From Octopus vulgaris (Eukaryota): a stretch of 64,000 nt of DNA. The position numbers were made by a program, and so were the translations under genes. The stretch's first letter is position 1, and each line of letters starts with the position of its first letter. Positions 28,520 to 44,122 of the stretch are shown here, piece after piece. The notes beneath the pieces were generated by a model that saw only the letters and a program-made list of their open reading frames with translations, made no database searches and was not told the origin of the DNA. Where the stretch lies: the NCBI GenBank assembly GCA_951406725.2, contig OX597818.1:5580001-5644000 (forward strand), written 5' to 3'.

Positions 28520-29610
28520 ATCTATATTCATAAAGCACAACTTGTGCATCTGTGTGTGTATCTGTGTGTGTGTATCTGTGTGTTTAACTTCCCGGCACAT
28601 CCCCTCCTAGCCAACAAATCATAGAACCACCAAAAATGGGTCACTTAAAGTTTAGGGGAATGAAAATTGAACTGCGCTATTTCTGTTCCGAAATTCATCT
28701 TACAAGTGCAAAAATCGATAATGTGTTTGTTTAGGCCTTATCCCATGCATTGAATAGTGAACTTTACTCAGTCAGCTGTTTGACGTGAAATACGTTCAAC
28801 ACGCGCGCAAGCATGCGTAAATTGCATGAAGAATTAGAAAAATCAAGATGTAAAAACGAATGGCCGTAAACATTGTAGAAATTCGGCAAAGAATTGAATT
28901 TTCGGGATGTAGCCTAGAGGGCTTTTTCGTATTAATCGTTTGGACTTTGTGAACAAATACCAATTGTTTTCATAACATTTTTAACGCTTTGAATTAAATG
29001 TGACCATTTTGCGTTGAGTCTGAAGTTTGAATCACTTTAACCAAATTTTAGCAGGCCGGATTTTTGATCATCACGATACATCGCCAGCGATTCCCTGAAA
29101 CTCTCCCCTGAAATCCCCGTTGAGAAATCTATATATATAAAACTCAACTTGTGTATCTGTGTGTTTAACTTTTGGATCTACCAAGTTTCATTATTAAGGA
29201 TGGAAAGTAGTGTGTAGCAAATATATATATATAAAGCTGAAGTTGTCTGTGTGTGGCAGGTTTGGTAGCCTTCAACTAACACTATATCCTTCGAGACCCT
29301 GCAGCGCAAGTTGACGAAAATTGAGAATATGATAGAAGAAGGCATGCTCTTTATTCTGTAGGAGATAAAATTCAAATCGGACCATGTTAACACCAAATAC
29401 TATTTACATCAAAAAGGTGCTTTTTTTTCTATGAAAATCCCTATTTTTTACGATTTTTGATTGCTGTGTCACCATTTTTCAGTGTATTTCCACTAGAAAA
29501 ATGTTCACTTGACGAGGATAACAAGTTGTATAATGCGAAATTTTTACTTTTCAAAAATTCCAATTCTAAAGGGTCGAAACAAACCCAAGCAACACCGGGT
29601 GATACTGCGT
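28520..29610 (+). mobile_element. nested non-autonomous Helitron-like elements
   Basis: Repeated 5' ends tctatat..aaa..aacttgtg(tc)tgtgtg at ~28520, ~29128 and ~29221, and a 3' hairpin-like end cccaagcaacaccgggtgatactgc. Confidence 0.5.
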
Positions 29611-29705
29611 AATTCTAATTATGATTGCAAATTAACTATAGATGATTATAAATATTGAATATAGTGTAATTTATAATATTATTCAGTATTGGTCTAGTGA
29701 AGATA

Positions 29706-29708
<3 letters not shown>

Positions 29709-29801
<93 letters not shown>

Positions 29802-29806
29802 CATCA

Positions 29807-29881
<75 letters not shown>
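29709..29881. repeat. (TTA)n/(TCA)n microsatellite
   Basis: Directly visible. Confidence 0.95.
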
Positions 29882-31498
29882 GTTTTTGCAATTCCGCCAT
29901 CATTAATGGCGCGTTGCTTTTTGTGAGATCGACGAATTTTTCTTAATATTTTGTCTGAATAAAAAATATTATTTTCTAATAGTAAGAAAAATAAAAGAAA
30001 ACATTTCCTGCTCTGTCATAAACTCTTAGCATATTATTTAGACTTTATATATATAAAAAATAATGGGCAGAAACATTTTTAAATTAGTATTATTAAAAGC
30101 GCACAAGAATATTTGTGACTGTTATACTAGTTATTTCAATTTTTTATTCTTACTTTTTATTATAACTTTTATCATATTTTCAAATTATTGAGGCTCACGC
30201 TGACAAACGTATTTAATGCTGTCTATTCTTAGGATTTAACAATCCTTACATGTGATTTTGTCAGATATGAGATTCATACCAATAATCTTGAATTTTTTTA
30301 TAAGTTCATTACTATGTATGAATCGAAAAAATTTTGGGAGCTTATATTCTTATTTCTGTTCGTATTACATTATATTATATTTAGTATAATATGATATTAT
30401 GTTAATAAATTATATTTAAAATATGTCAATGGTAAATCTCCATTTTCTTTTAATTTTTGAATATATATATGTGTATATACATATATACAAGGTAGTGGTT
30501 GTCTACTCCTTATTCAGATTTTGATCGTCTCTTGGACTTACAGCTTAGAACCACTATGGCATCTGATTTGACTTTTTTAATCAGACAATATATTGAACAG
30601 ATATCCACACAGATTGCATATCTGATTTGGACGACAAAGAGCTGCAGTTAATTTCTGATCTTTATGGATCTTAAAATGTCTTTTGAGACCTCTGTTATAT
30701 ATACATAATTGAGGGTACAGTAAGACGCGTGACAAGTACTGCATCTTAGTGGTTAGAGCTCCATATATATTATCATTAATCTACTATTTGATATGCCTCT
30801 TCTTTTCACATCGACCCCTAAACTCGTACATGAATATTATACACTTATTTCTCTGGGATTTTTAACCTGTTTCATCGAGTATATTATTCGCATTCTCTCA
30901 AAGCATTTACTTTATCTAATTTTTTTCGTAAGTTTGCTCATTTTTGTATCTACGCTGACATTTATGTGTTTGTCTCTGTGAGCGTGCAAGTGTATTTATT
31001 ACTAGATATCGATTTATTTTATTAGTATTCAATACGTATCCCAAATTTTTTAATAAGCATTCTTTTACTTGTTTCCGTCATTTTACTGTGGCCATCCTAG
31101 AGCACCGCCTTTAGTCGAGCATATCGACCCCAGGACTTATTCTTTGTAAGCCTAGTACTTATTCTATCGGTCTTTTTCCCGAACCGCTAAGTTAGGGGAC
31201 GTAAACACGTCAGCATCGGTTGTCAAGCGATGTTAGTGGGGGGTCAAGCACAGACACACAAACACACACATACATAATATATAAACACATATATACGAAG
31301 GGCTTCTTTCAGTTTCCGTTTACTAAATCCACTCACAAGGCCACTCACCACACAACCACCCCTATACTTATAATGAAAATCAATACTTTGAAGATAGGGA
31401 AGACTTGGCATGATGTGTACATGTGCTTTTAACGAATCATCAACCGCCCTGATACATGATCATGAACTTCACCTCTCTCCTTCGTTAGGTAATCAGGT

Positions 31499-31537
<39 letters not shown>

Positions 31538-32710
31538 GGGGGGGGAGAGAGAGAGAGATACATACATACTTACATACATACATATATACATACCTACATA
31601 TATATATATGTATTTGTGCGTATAAAGATAAATTAAATAGAGATGCTACTGACAAAATATCAAAAAACATAAAAAGCCAACAAATTATTTCCACTTACAT
31701 TTTCTGATATATATATATATATATATACAATAACAGCCCCGTTATATTAAAGGATTGTAAAAGTTAATTCAAATGTCTATGTATAATGAGCCTGAGCGTT
31801 AACTACTCAATCATACATCAAGTACAATTAAAAACAACAAACTCTAATAGGGGATACAACCAAGTGCAATCCACAATCATTGAAATTCACTTTATTACAT
31901 CTCAAAAACATACAAATCGAAACCCTTTCATATCCAAGATATTCCTTTGTCACCACAACATACAGCAATAAGACAGGTGTGTGTATATATATATATATAA
32001 ATGTACATAATTAAGTATTTATGTATTACCCTGCGTATCACTGTAACAAGAAATATATAAACAATTACATCTTCAATACAACTCTTCTCTTTATTTAAAT
32101 TAATTGATATAGAAAAATCGTTCAAACTAGCTAATAATAATCTTCTATATACATATATATATTGTTCCTCGGAGGGATTATTCCCTAGTAGATATATAGA
32201 TTGAGATGACACAACTCAAATATACACATATGCACACACACGGACACACACACACACTTATATATAAATACATACATAGTTACACACACATCTATATGTA
32301 CATATATATATATAACCTTATATATACTTAGAAGCATATATACACACAGATGCATACACATATACAGTCACTAATACATGTACACACATACATATGTATA
32401 TATACACACATACACACATATACACATAAACAAATATAAAAAGACTTATATACATGCATATATACCTACAGGAATACAGATACAATAACATTCAGATATT
32501 AGAAATATTGAATTTCTAAATGTCTCAGAGAGACATGAACGTTGGTGGAAGGACAGAGTGGTTGTATACAGTCAACTTAACGTGACAGTCCCGTAAAGGG
32601 AATTACAACACCGCTATTTAGCCCTAGGAAGCATTGACGCTTCCTGTCGGCTTTGACACATTTCCTGTGTCCTTATATTTGCGAAGGGGAGGCAAGCACT
32701 CCCACCTGCT

Positions 32711-32780
32711 AGGGCTAGCACCTAGAGACATGCATTTTTCTGAGTACATTGCTCGTCATCAGTCTAGGGTAGCTAGTCCT
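32711..32780 (-). ncRNA. type I hammerhead ribozyme in a ~280 bp GC-richer non-coding unit (~32530-32810)
   Basis: Minus strand: ctagctaccctaga-CTGATGA-cgagcaatgtactca-GAAA-aatgcat-GTC-tctaggtgctag. Extended stem I; near-palindromic stem III. Confidence 0.8.
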
Positions 32781-33190
32781 GCTAGTTGAGATACTTGCCA
32801 AGCCTTCACTTACACATAAATATAAATAGTAATATGATTACATATGCTTATATAGTAATACAATGGATGCATATATACACTCAGATATACCCGCATTAAC
32901 AAAAATTGATGTATACACATATATACAAATGGAAATAGAAACTTCCATAGACATAGTGTACACATAGTTATAGATTCACATACCCGTACACATACAAAAA
33001 TATACATACACATACATATGCATATATAGATATACACACACACACACAAACACATATATAGGTATTTATACATACATGTACATATATACATACCCATACA
33101 CACACATATATATACACATATATACATATATACACACATATATACACATGTATACACATCCATACACACACACACGCACACACACACACG

Positions 33191-33224
<34 letters not shown>

Positions 33225-33539
33225 CATGTATATCCATATTTACACGCTCAAGCAGAAACATATTCATAACGATATATCAATGGCATATGATAAATATAAA
33301 ATAACACATGTCCACGTATGCAAGAGCTTACATGTATATACACAAATATATAATTGTTCACATATACATATATATGTACACTTGTAAATGGAAAGCAGCG
33401 AGTACAGATATACACACTTAATAAAATTTTCTCAACGCATATTTAGAATAGTGTGTACAGGATAGAACACTCTCATGTATTTCACAAAGCAATTTCTCCC
33501 TAGATGTTAATATCTGATATAATTCATTTACACACAGCT

Positions 33540-34780
33540 TGCATCTAGCATCATTAATTTTATTCGATCTAGCATGACTAAGTATTTTTTCAAATTATTT
33601 TGTATGATTTCTTACTCCAGTTCACTTTCAATAGAGATAGACAAACCAAACTTTTTATAGGTTTATTTTTCTATTGGATTTACTATTGATCAAAAATAGT
33701 GCATCATTTCTATAGAGAGCACGTATACTTTCCAGAAATTCATTATGGAAATGCTGTAGTACGTAAATATCTGCTTAGTCTGTAACTTGGGCGGATTCGG
33801 CTGAGCCCATGGCTATGTCAAAATAATCAGTAGTATTGTTTCTGGCCCAGTACTTGATATCGAATAGAATGATAGACTTCCTAGCTTCCAAAATAAGATT
33901 AATTTCTCTTAAACTTAGGGTAGAATTTTTCCTAACAAAATAAGTGCCTTTTTTATTACAATGAGATTAACTGAAGAATAATAATTATTAATGTCTAATT
34001 GAATGAATTTACTTCTACTATTATGCTCTAATTTATCAAACCAATTAATGGCTTCTTAGGTATTGAACCAGAAATCTACTTTTAATGTTTATTTAACTTT
34101 GGGAATATACTTGTTTAGAATAATTTTACTTAATTTACCCAGTTCAGAACCTTCTGGGCAAATTAATCTAACTTTAGGGTTGGAGAAGAAATTGCCTTTA
34201 TGATCTTTCAAAACAATTCTAGGACTTCTAGACAAAAAGGCTCTGTTCTGTCGTGAAGACCAAAATCACACGTAATTGTTTAGTTTCTAAGTTGATATCT
34301 CTCAATATATTCTTACCTACTACCTCATAGTTACTAGTGATTTCATTTTCCATTAATTGATGATGTTTATAGTTACCCATATGATATAAATTACAAGTTT
34401 TGTCCGAAGGCACAATAATTCCCTTGATGCTCTTATCTTTTAGCTTACATACTATACCTTCATATTTAACAGTTGTTCGTTTCCACCAAAGATGTATTTA
34501 ACAAGCATAGTGTTCTTGAATATATTCCATATATCATTCTCGAAAGCTTCCAAATATCTGTTAGGTGGTTGACATATTCTGGTTTTCAAGTTCTTATCCA
34601 TTTCGAAATCGTCATTAAGTTGATTTCCTTCGTTAACAATATCCCTTTCATAGTGAAAAGTGAACCACCGAATTCTATGTATGACTGCCAAAATGTTACT
34701 AATAAGGTCTTTCATAAAGTCCTTCGTGGGTGGGATTGGGATAATTTTCAATGACTTGTCAACAGGTATTTTCTCCATTA
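33540..34780 (-). mobile_element. decayed Penelope-like element N-terminal half and RT (same type as 7.1-8.8 kb)
   Basis: DKSLKIIPIPP..IHRIRWF, YLEAFENDIW, PSDKTCNLY, KDHKGNFFSNPKVRLICP, FIQLDINNYYSS, AMGSAESAQVTD, ALYRNDALF. Confidence 0.8.
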
Positions 34781-35879
34781 TACCAGCGAAAAGCCGTGTG
34801 AGATTACTCCAGTAATATAAGAATATAAAGTAACAAACTGAAGAAAAGAGATATTTCAAAAGGGTATGTTAACCATCCAATTCACTGGTACGTTAGTTGA
34901 ATACCATATAAATATTGGTATAATGCAATTACAAAGATAAATTAGATAGAGAGATACCATTGACAATCCAATATTTGATTTATATTATATTTCATGATAT
35001 ACTAAGAATATAATATAACATAACATTATATAACATAAATAATTATTAAAAAAAACATAACTGTGTATAGATATATTTATAAGTATATATATTTATGTGT
35101 ATATATATATGTGTGTGTATGTATGTATATATGTGTTTGTGGGTGTCTCTGTGTGTAGATATGTGTATATTTGAGTTTTATCGTCTCAAAATGTGCATGC
35201 GTATATACATCCAGAGAACCAAATAAGGAGCTATATATCATCTCAAAGTCACATTTAAATTTTCTGTCACCTATCAAAACACATAAATTTGTAAGACAAT
35301 TTTTAGTTAAAACACAAAATAAGAAAAGAAAATGTCTTTTTCAGTTCTTTACATGTAATAAATTATCCTCAATACTATTATAAAATTAGAATAAGTGTCT
35401 TTAAATTTGTAGTTTGATAAAATTATAGCAAAATATAAACAATATATAAGCAATATGTTTACAAATATAAATATATATTTCATGTATTTATATTGAGTCT
35501 AAGGGTATTATTACGGAATAGCAAATTACTTTCGTAATTGATACAAGACAAATATATGTATTTACGTTTTCCTTATTCTACATACTTAAGAAAAATTTCG
35601 ATAAAATGAAATAAAATAGGATAAAGTATTTCATCGATACATTTAAGTAATATTTATAGGCCAGTAATTCTTTTGTATTTATAAAATTATATGTAAAAGA
35701 ATATATGATTCGTTATATTCTATTTTCATATTCAATGTAGGGGAGATAACATTTAATATATAACTTTTTACAAAATTGTACGTTTAAATATTTGTTGTGC
35801 AAGATTTTTTATGTGAAGTCGTGTGTTGAAACAGATATTGTTATATTTCGGAATGGTCATATTGCCAGTTTAGCCAATA

Positions 35880-36620
35880 TTTCATTCACCGCATGCAGTT
35901 CTCAGGTTACAGCCATAAAGAAAGGATCAGAATATACAAAGGAGCCATTAAGAAATTTGATAATATATTATGTAATGATAGGAATGGGATTTTCCCACTC
36001 TATAGGAACAAATCATGGAACACTATAGAAAGGACAAAAAAGAAAATAGAGAAGGCCAACTCTTGGTATGATAGCCATAAGTACCAGAATGTCATGTTCG
36101 TTGACACCACCCCTGGAGGTGAACTGCCGTACCGCTTTAGAAGGACCCTAGACAAACTTAAGCTAAGAATTAAGGTTGTTGAAAAGCCAGGCAACCCTAT
36201 CAAATCTATAATTGGTAGAATTTATCCTTTTAGTAGAACCCCTTGTACGGATATTTACTGTACTATATGTAGATTTAGCCCACAAACAAACTGTAAAGCC
36301 AGAAATGTAGTCTATAGTATAAGATGTATAGAGGGACGATGCAGTAACAAGACAACGACATACGTAGGGGAAACGGCAAGAAGCATAGGAGAGCGGGTAA
36401 ATTAGCATTGGAGACAACTCAAGGATGGTAAAAGCTCATCGATTCTGTACCAACACGCCGAACAGGAACACGGGGGATCAATCAATAACATAGAAATTAA
36501 AATATTATCCACACATAGATCAGAGGCAACACTTAGACAAATTACAGAAGCTACACACATAATAGAAAATAAACCTAGCCTGAATAGAAAACTAGAATGG
36601 AGCACTAACACACACCACAA
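35880..36620 (+). mobile_element. Penelope-like element 3' fragment (linker + GIY-YIG), paralog of 23.6-24.7 kb
   Basis: MQFSGYSHKERIRIYKGA..VMFVDTTPGGEL..CTDIYCTIC..NCKARNVVYSIRC..TYVGETARSIGERVN*H. Confidence 0.85.
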
Positions 36621-36685
36621 CATATGACGATAGAGGATCCTGAAAACATAATAAATATACAGATAAATAAACTAATAGAAATAAA

Positions 36686-36803
<118 letters not shown>

Positions 36804-37185
36804 TAATTAAAAAAAAATATTTTAAAATAATTTTTTTTATTTATTTATTTATTTATTTTTCGATTTGATTTATTATTATTATTACTAGTATTGTTGTTAT
36901 ACATACAAGCATATGTAATGATAATAATAAGTGGATGTAAACACATGAACAAAATAAGAATAAACAAAAATAACAAAAACAAAAAAACAAAAAACAAAAT
37001 ACAAATTACATGAACATATATAAACAGAAGATACAAATATTACAGGCATCCCCCCACATACACACACTAAATAAACATAAACGCACATAGAGATATAAGC
37101 ATGCGCAAATGAAGACATACAGTAGAAATACAAAATGGCTGACGGTTAGTAAGGAGAGACACAAATAAGAAAGAAGAAAACAAAG

Positions 37186-37250
37186 GACCACTGATGCGGT
37201 CAGAGGAGTGTGACGAAAGAACTCTGGCCGAAATAAGATTAAGATTAATG
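37186..37250 (+). ncRNA. hammerhead-like motif downstream of PLE (core variant CTGATGC)
   Basis: CTGATGC-ggtcagag-loop-ctctggcc-GAAA-taagatt. Stem II is 8 bp; stems I and III are poorly preserved. Confidence 0.5.
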
Positions 37251-37512
37251 TAAAAAATAAATAACACTGAAGCAAAATAACACCAAATATATAGTGCGTG
37301 TGTTTTTATTGGCTAAACTGGCAATATGACCATTCCGAAATATAACAATATTTTTACAAAATATTTTGCTATTTCATACTTCTAAATATGACAATTAAAT
37401 ATCTATAAAACTCTAAAAAAGATAGTAGTTTAATCAGAATATAAATATGTATATAGATATCTACAAACTTATACACCCCACCAACACACGCACACACGCA
37501 AATAAACACTTA

Positions 37513-37550
<38 letters not shown>

Positions 37551-37616
37551 TATATTATTGTACTTATATTTCAATATACATAGATATATATTTTTCATCA
37601 TACGTACCCATACACA

Positions 37617-37678
<62 letters not shown>

Positions 37679-37906
37679 ACATGCTCACAGTTACATATTT
37701 GTTCACATATATTACTTCACATATATTTTATTCATGAACCCATGTACTTATTGAAGAGCAGTAATTTCTTGATATATGTATAAAAAAATTAATATATGTA
37801 TTTAAGTATTCAGTCTCTGAATTATTAATTCATATTAGCACATGACGCATGTGCACATTTATATGTAACAAATACAACCACACATAAAAAAAAAACACGC
37901 ATACAA

Positions 37907-37969
<63 letters not shown>

Positions 37970-38257
37970 CATATACACATCTACTTACATAATGCGGTTT
38001 TTAATTCTATTATGCAATACATCATAAGGAATAAATGTATAACATCAATATGATGTAAAATATACTACATATCCCAAAACGCAATAATGAAAACAGCGGA
38101 TTACTTTATCCAATTCATGTTTCTGAATATAAATTATTTTTATCCTAAGATGTTGTTTATTTCTTCTTATCTTTCTTTCACCTCCGTGTGTATAACTGGA
38201 TATATTAAATAATCCCTAAAATATAGCATTCATATACTTATAATATAATTTTAAAAA

Positions 38258-38301
<44 letters not shown>

Positions 38302-39696
38302 CATAATATATTTAATATTATATTACCTATATAAAATACAATTTATACGTATTGAGAGCACCTATATGCCTACTTATTCATGTACAGAAAAAATGTTTTT
38401 TTAAACTGATACTAAAAATTACAGATATATAGAAAAGGAGATATACATGTACAAACCCAACATAATGTTCACATCCAGAGACACATATACACCCAAATCC
38501 ATATATGCTCCTGTTTTTATCTGGCTGTATACATATTATATTTTATATAGACATTTTATACATAAACATACGCATATACTTTCTCCTATCTAATATGTTC
38601 TTACAAATAAACATAAATATAATCAATTTTTGTTGGTTAAAATCAAATTACTTTTTGCAGCCTATTTAGCCGTTATAGTATTTTTATTTTCTTAATATTC
38701 TACTATTATAAAGCCTAATTTCAGCTATTATTCATTTCTATATTTATAAACTATGGTTAGAATTTATTTAAAAAATAGGGTTATAATTTTTAAGTGACAT
38801 CTGCTCCCATTAATATATCAGTTAAGTTTAATAAATAGACATTTATATGTTTGCATGGAAAACTTTTTCATTTCTGAAATGTATAAGGTTTCCTTTTCTT
38901 TTCATTATTTTAAAATTTTCCTCTAAGCATAACATGCACGATTTATTATAAATTTTGTAACTAAATTTATTATAAATTTATTATAAATTTGTTCTGTCAG
39001 AGGGTACAGGAGACGAATGCACAGGGGATGGAAGGCAATGGAATTGTTCAAATTTATTATAAATTTATTATAAATTTTGCATGTGCTAAAATCTTCCATT
39101 TAATTGAGTAGTTAACATTATTTCTTTTCATTTGGCATATTTTTCTTAATAATCCTGACCCATTCATTGTATTTTGATCTGTCAATGTCCACCCAATGTA
39201 GAAAAAAAATTATTCATGTCTTATGTAGTTATTGTCAATTGGTATACAACGCTTTTTCTCCTGCAATCACTATCTAACCTATCTCTGTCAGCTTTTCTAC
39301 AATTACTGCGTTTATGTTTGCAAGGAATCAGTGATACTATTCTCATTTATATATTCATAATTTCTTATGTCTGGATAGGAGTTATTTTTTTAATATTTAA
39401 CCATATTATTCTTACTATTTTCTTCAACATTTTTTATAATTTGGATTATCCATTTCTGTTTCTTTTATTATTTTCATAGAATTTATCGATCTTTCTATTA
39501 TTTATCGATGATATTATCCCAATTATTCACCCATTATATATATATAGATTGTTTTTGAATCCAAATGATTAAAATTATATATTTGTATATCCGAGTGGGT
39601 GTGAGAGTGCGTGTATGTATGTATGTATGTATGTATGTATGTATGTATGTATGTATGTATGTATGTATGTATGTATATATATATATATATATATAT

Positions 39697-39732
<36 letters not shown>

Positions 39733-39886
39733 GTAGGTAGGTAGATAGATATATATGTATGTATGTATTATGGATATATCAGTTAGAGGTTACACGACCG
39801 TCTAAGGGATAAATGTAGCCTGAATGATGCCAACAAGCAATAACGGTTTCATGGAGTTCTGCCGAGGTGTGCCGATATAATGTAGG

Positions 39887-39887
<1 letters not shown>

Positions 39888-39964
<77 letters not shown>

Positions 39965-39970
39965 TCAATC

Positions 39971-40045
<75 letters not shown>
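39888..40045. repeat. (AAT)n microsatellite
   Basis: Directly visible. Confidence 0.95.
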
Positions 40046-40048
<3 letters not shown>

Positions 40049-40449
40049 GAAAATACCAAGGAAATAGATGACTGTAAAAGTTTGAACGGGACTGGAACCA
40101 ATAGTAAAGATTCTGCATCAGGAAGGTGCCCCACTGCGCAACAGGTTGAGCCCAGTTGTAATCTAGCAACTGCTGACCATGTAATAAGTGATATGTGGAG
40201 TGATGGTTGTAGATGGTCGTGGATGGTTACTACCAGACCACTCTATAGAATGCGAATGGCGTGTCTGTCAGAGGATACAGGAGACGAATGCACAGTGGAT
40301 GGAAGGCAATGGAATTGTTCAAATATATTGCTCTCTTTCTGTCTCTAATTTTCTGTTTCTCCTTCTTTCGCGTGTAAAAACTAACTAGTATAAGCATCTG
40401 CCAGGAGATTTTGTGTGCGTGCGTACCTATACATATACATATACACACA

Positions 40450-40547
<98 letters not shown>

Positions 40548-40549
40548 AA

Positions 40550-40787
40550 GTGGACAGCCTATATGCTAGATATAGCCATTTTCCAGGAAGAATTTTGCTG
40601 AATGTTTTCTTAAGAACACATTCTTCGAGAAAAATTGCGATTTTGACGACTATATCTAGTATATAGGCTGTCCATTTTTTTAGTGGTTAGTCCTCTAAAT
40701 TTTGTATGTAAACAAAAAAAATTAATCTTCGGATTTTTAAAAATATGCTAGGCCACTGGTTTCAATTGATTAATATCGATTTCTACC

Positions 40788-40790
<3 letters not shown>
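40550..40790. repeat. short element with 25-bp inverted repeat, related to 21900-22165
   Basis: tggacagcctatatgctagatatag / ctatatctagtatataggctgtcca. It shares aaaccagt(g/a)gcctagcatat and atggctgtcca-like blocks with 21950-22145. Confidence 0.55.
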
Positions 40791-40834
<44 letters not shown>

Positions 40835-41285
40835 TTGCCTATATATGTCTGTATATATATGTAGCTATGTACATGCGTGTGTATGTTTACTGTATATATT
40901 ATAGATAGTTTGGTATGTGCTTATACTGCAAAAACGCGTATGTAATCCAACGCGAAATTTTTTCTTAAAGGGATATAACGTTTAATGTATTAAGTGATTA
41001 ATATTTTACAGATAATTATTTGCCCTGGGTATTCAGGCTCTCTCCTTCTTTATAAGCTATTTTTGATCGAAGATTTTCTTCGATTTAATAAGTTCATTTT
41101 ATACCGAAATTTGTTCACTATATGCAACCTGTCATTGTGAAGCCCGTTAGTTGAAAGGACCAATGAAACAAAGCCATTTTGAAATGTGTATGTATTAAAG
41201 TAATTGTATATTTTCGGAACGTGAAAATCTGAACAGTTTTTGTGATATTTTCGCTACTTTTTAATAAAGTATATATCTATATCTA

Positions 41286-41374
<89 letters not shown>

Positions 41375-41486
41375 CTATATATATATATCTGTGTATATAT
41401 ATATATATGCAAAATGTGACCTCGTGTGGACCGTTGGCGATTTCTTTTCCTCTGTCTTCCCTTTTCTGGATCTTTCCTTCTCCTAT

Positions 41487-41521
41487 GTTTCCGACGAAGA
41501 GCTCCGCTCGAAACGTTAGAC
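41487..41521 (+). ncRNA. minimal type I hammerhead-like motif in a ~200 bp unit (~41410-41610)
   Basis: gttt-CCGACGA-a-gagc-tcc-gctc-GAAA-c-GTT-agac, with palindromic AACGTT stem III. Confidence 0.6.
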
Positions 41522-41610
41522 CCTCCTTCTTTCATGAGTGTCCAATAATACTCTATTTGTTCCACGTCCTCGCGTTGTTGTGTTTTTTTTGTGTTTGTTT
41601 GGATTAACTT

Positions 41611-41641
<31 letters not shown>

Positions 41642-41869
41642 GCGTGTGTGTGTGTGTGTGCGTGTGTAAAATCAATAATAATCTTACCAGGTGGTTAGTG
41701 CGGAAATAAAAAACTCATAGGTAAATTTTAGAAAACATTTTATAACTATATACACAATTATAACAAAGGGTAGACTTAACGCCTCACCACGTACTGCAAG
41801 AAATAGACGCTAAAAACCCTATTACCACTTTAAAATCTCCGAGAAGAACACACTATATTGTAGGCGAGC

Positions 41870-41915
<46 letters not shown>

Positions 41916-42299
41916 GTGTACCTGTGCTTGACCCCCACCATCGCTTCACAACCGATGTTAGTGTGTTTACGTCCATGTAACTTAGCTGTTCCGGGAAAGA
42001 GACCGATAAAATAAGTACTAGGTTTACAAAGTATAAGTCGCTGGGTCGATTTGTTCGACTAAACCCAGTGCTCCAACATCGCTGCAGTCAAATGACTGAA
42101 GAAATTAAAGAATAAAAGCATATTTGCATATATATGGATTTGTATATCCTCATAGATTGATAAATATTTACATATAAACGACCATAAACACATAGGCATA
42201 CTCACATATATGAGCAAAGCTAAGATCAAAAACAAATTCTCTTACTCATACTGCGATGTAAGACCCATATTCTGTGTCAGCCAATGAGTTGTTGCATGA

Positions 42300-43000
42300 T
42301 CCTTTACGGCAGGGTAGAAGTGTATTAACGTGTTAGCTTTTAGAGAAGAAATATTGTTCAATGTGGCGCGTGTGGGAGAAAGAATGAAATGGCAAAATAG
42401 ACACAATACCAAGGACCTTGCACTTGAAAATGCTTAAATTTATACTAAAATTAAATAGGTGACTGTGTATTCTAGATCCAGCAGTACTCGGTGCACATAA
42501 TGATTTTATACCGATTGGCTGATATATGAATCGATCTGCAAACATTTTGGTCGCAGAAATTATAAATAAAGCTCACCTGCTTGGCTAGACGAGTGATGAG
42601 TTACATGTTATAGCGGTGCCCTAGGATTAGTTGCTTCAGTGAGTCAAATATGTTGAACACACTATCGTGTAAATGAGAGAATGTTTTCTCCTTGAAGTAA
42701 CTAGCATCATTGCCGTCTAAATCTGCTTAGACGCATTAAGGCTGAATATGCGAATATTCATCCCAGATCTCACTGAACACGGTGGAAATAACGATTTTAT
42801 GTGATGTAAGCATTGTTTGTGCAGTTACTGTACTGCCCAAAATGTGTGAGCCATACTCCATTGTGGGTCTTAACTTATCTTTCAAGGAAATCATTAATTG
42901 CCTTCTCTCATTGAAGACGTGATGGCTAATCCTTTGAATGCAGCACTTGCGGCATTAAAGATATACATTCATCGGGACAAATCTTAGTTGATATTTAGAC
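42300..43000 (-). mobile_element. ancient LINE remnant (CR1/Jockey-group RT C-terminal region)
   Basis: Minus strand LKDKLRPTMEYGSHIL resembles the RPxxEYxSxIW motif; the rest is highly decayed. Confidence 0.4.
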
Positions 43001-44074
43001 ACTGATTCCGATGGATAGTCTAACCCAGAAGAGGGTGAGAGGAACCTGTTCTTGTAATGTAGGCAAACTCCGACAAATTTGTTCCAGATAGTTGTTGATT
43101 TTAGGTATTGTAGTGATTGTTTCAGGACTCATATGTATGATGTGCACAATTGTGATATTTTTTGTGTCAGTACTTAGATTTCCTTTTTCATTTGAATTCT
43201 CTTTCGGAAGTAAGTACTCAAACTAATTTTCAAACTGAAAGCTGTAAATTATTATAATTGATTTTCCTTACTTATCCCAATGACAAATAAATCATACAAT
43301 TCGTAATGGGAAAGGCTAAGAGCAAATTATTGTGCAACATCCTTATTACAGTACATAATACTTTTTAGCACCTAACCTCCCTCCCCAACACTACTTTAAC
43401 TGCGAACGTAAAATTTCCTTCCTTTCCAGTTTAAGTAAGAAAAATAGTGAAATGGTGAAATTTGCGCTCATTTTCTTTTCTCTCAGATCCTCATATTCAT
43501 CCAGAATGTTTCGTTTCACTGGATCAGCTTCAGATAACTCCATATCGTCTGTTTTGGTTCCAGTTCCAGTCGCATTTGCAAATAGTCAATCGTCCCGGAG
43601 AAAGCATTACTTTATTCCTTCCAATATACTAGAAATTAATAAGCATAACGGGAGTTTTTCTGGCATTATTTCCAACGAGCAGCCTGCCAATATTGCACTG
43701 TATTCTATTGGTACGTTCTAGTGAGAACTTATTGCTGTTGGTCTTTCTTATACTGAGTTATACTCTGATCAATTATTTCTTATACTGAGTTATACTCTAA
43801 TCATTTATTTATTATATGTTCGTTTTATAAACAGAGTACACTGATTTTGTTGATGAAATTTCGAAAGGTTATATCTCTAGAATCACTCTATTGATTAGGA
43901 AATTTGGATTCATGCCAATCCCTGGATCAATACTTTGTGAAGGTCATGTCCAGTCATTACTTCACATCACCTCGACACAACACCTAGACTCAAAAATACA
44001 ATAATGCTGAAGAATTATGTAGCCTGATGAACAATGCGTAAAATACAGAAGTTAGGAAATGTACGGGTTTCACA

Positions 44075-44122
<48 letters not shown>

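Noticed and set aside
43487-43710. possible host exon (ttttcttttctctcag acceptor, gtacgt donor, open frame)
   Set aside because: There is no recognisable protein or partner exon, and the minus strand also reads as decayed coding-like sequence. RNA-seq is needed.
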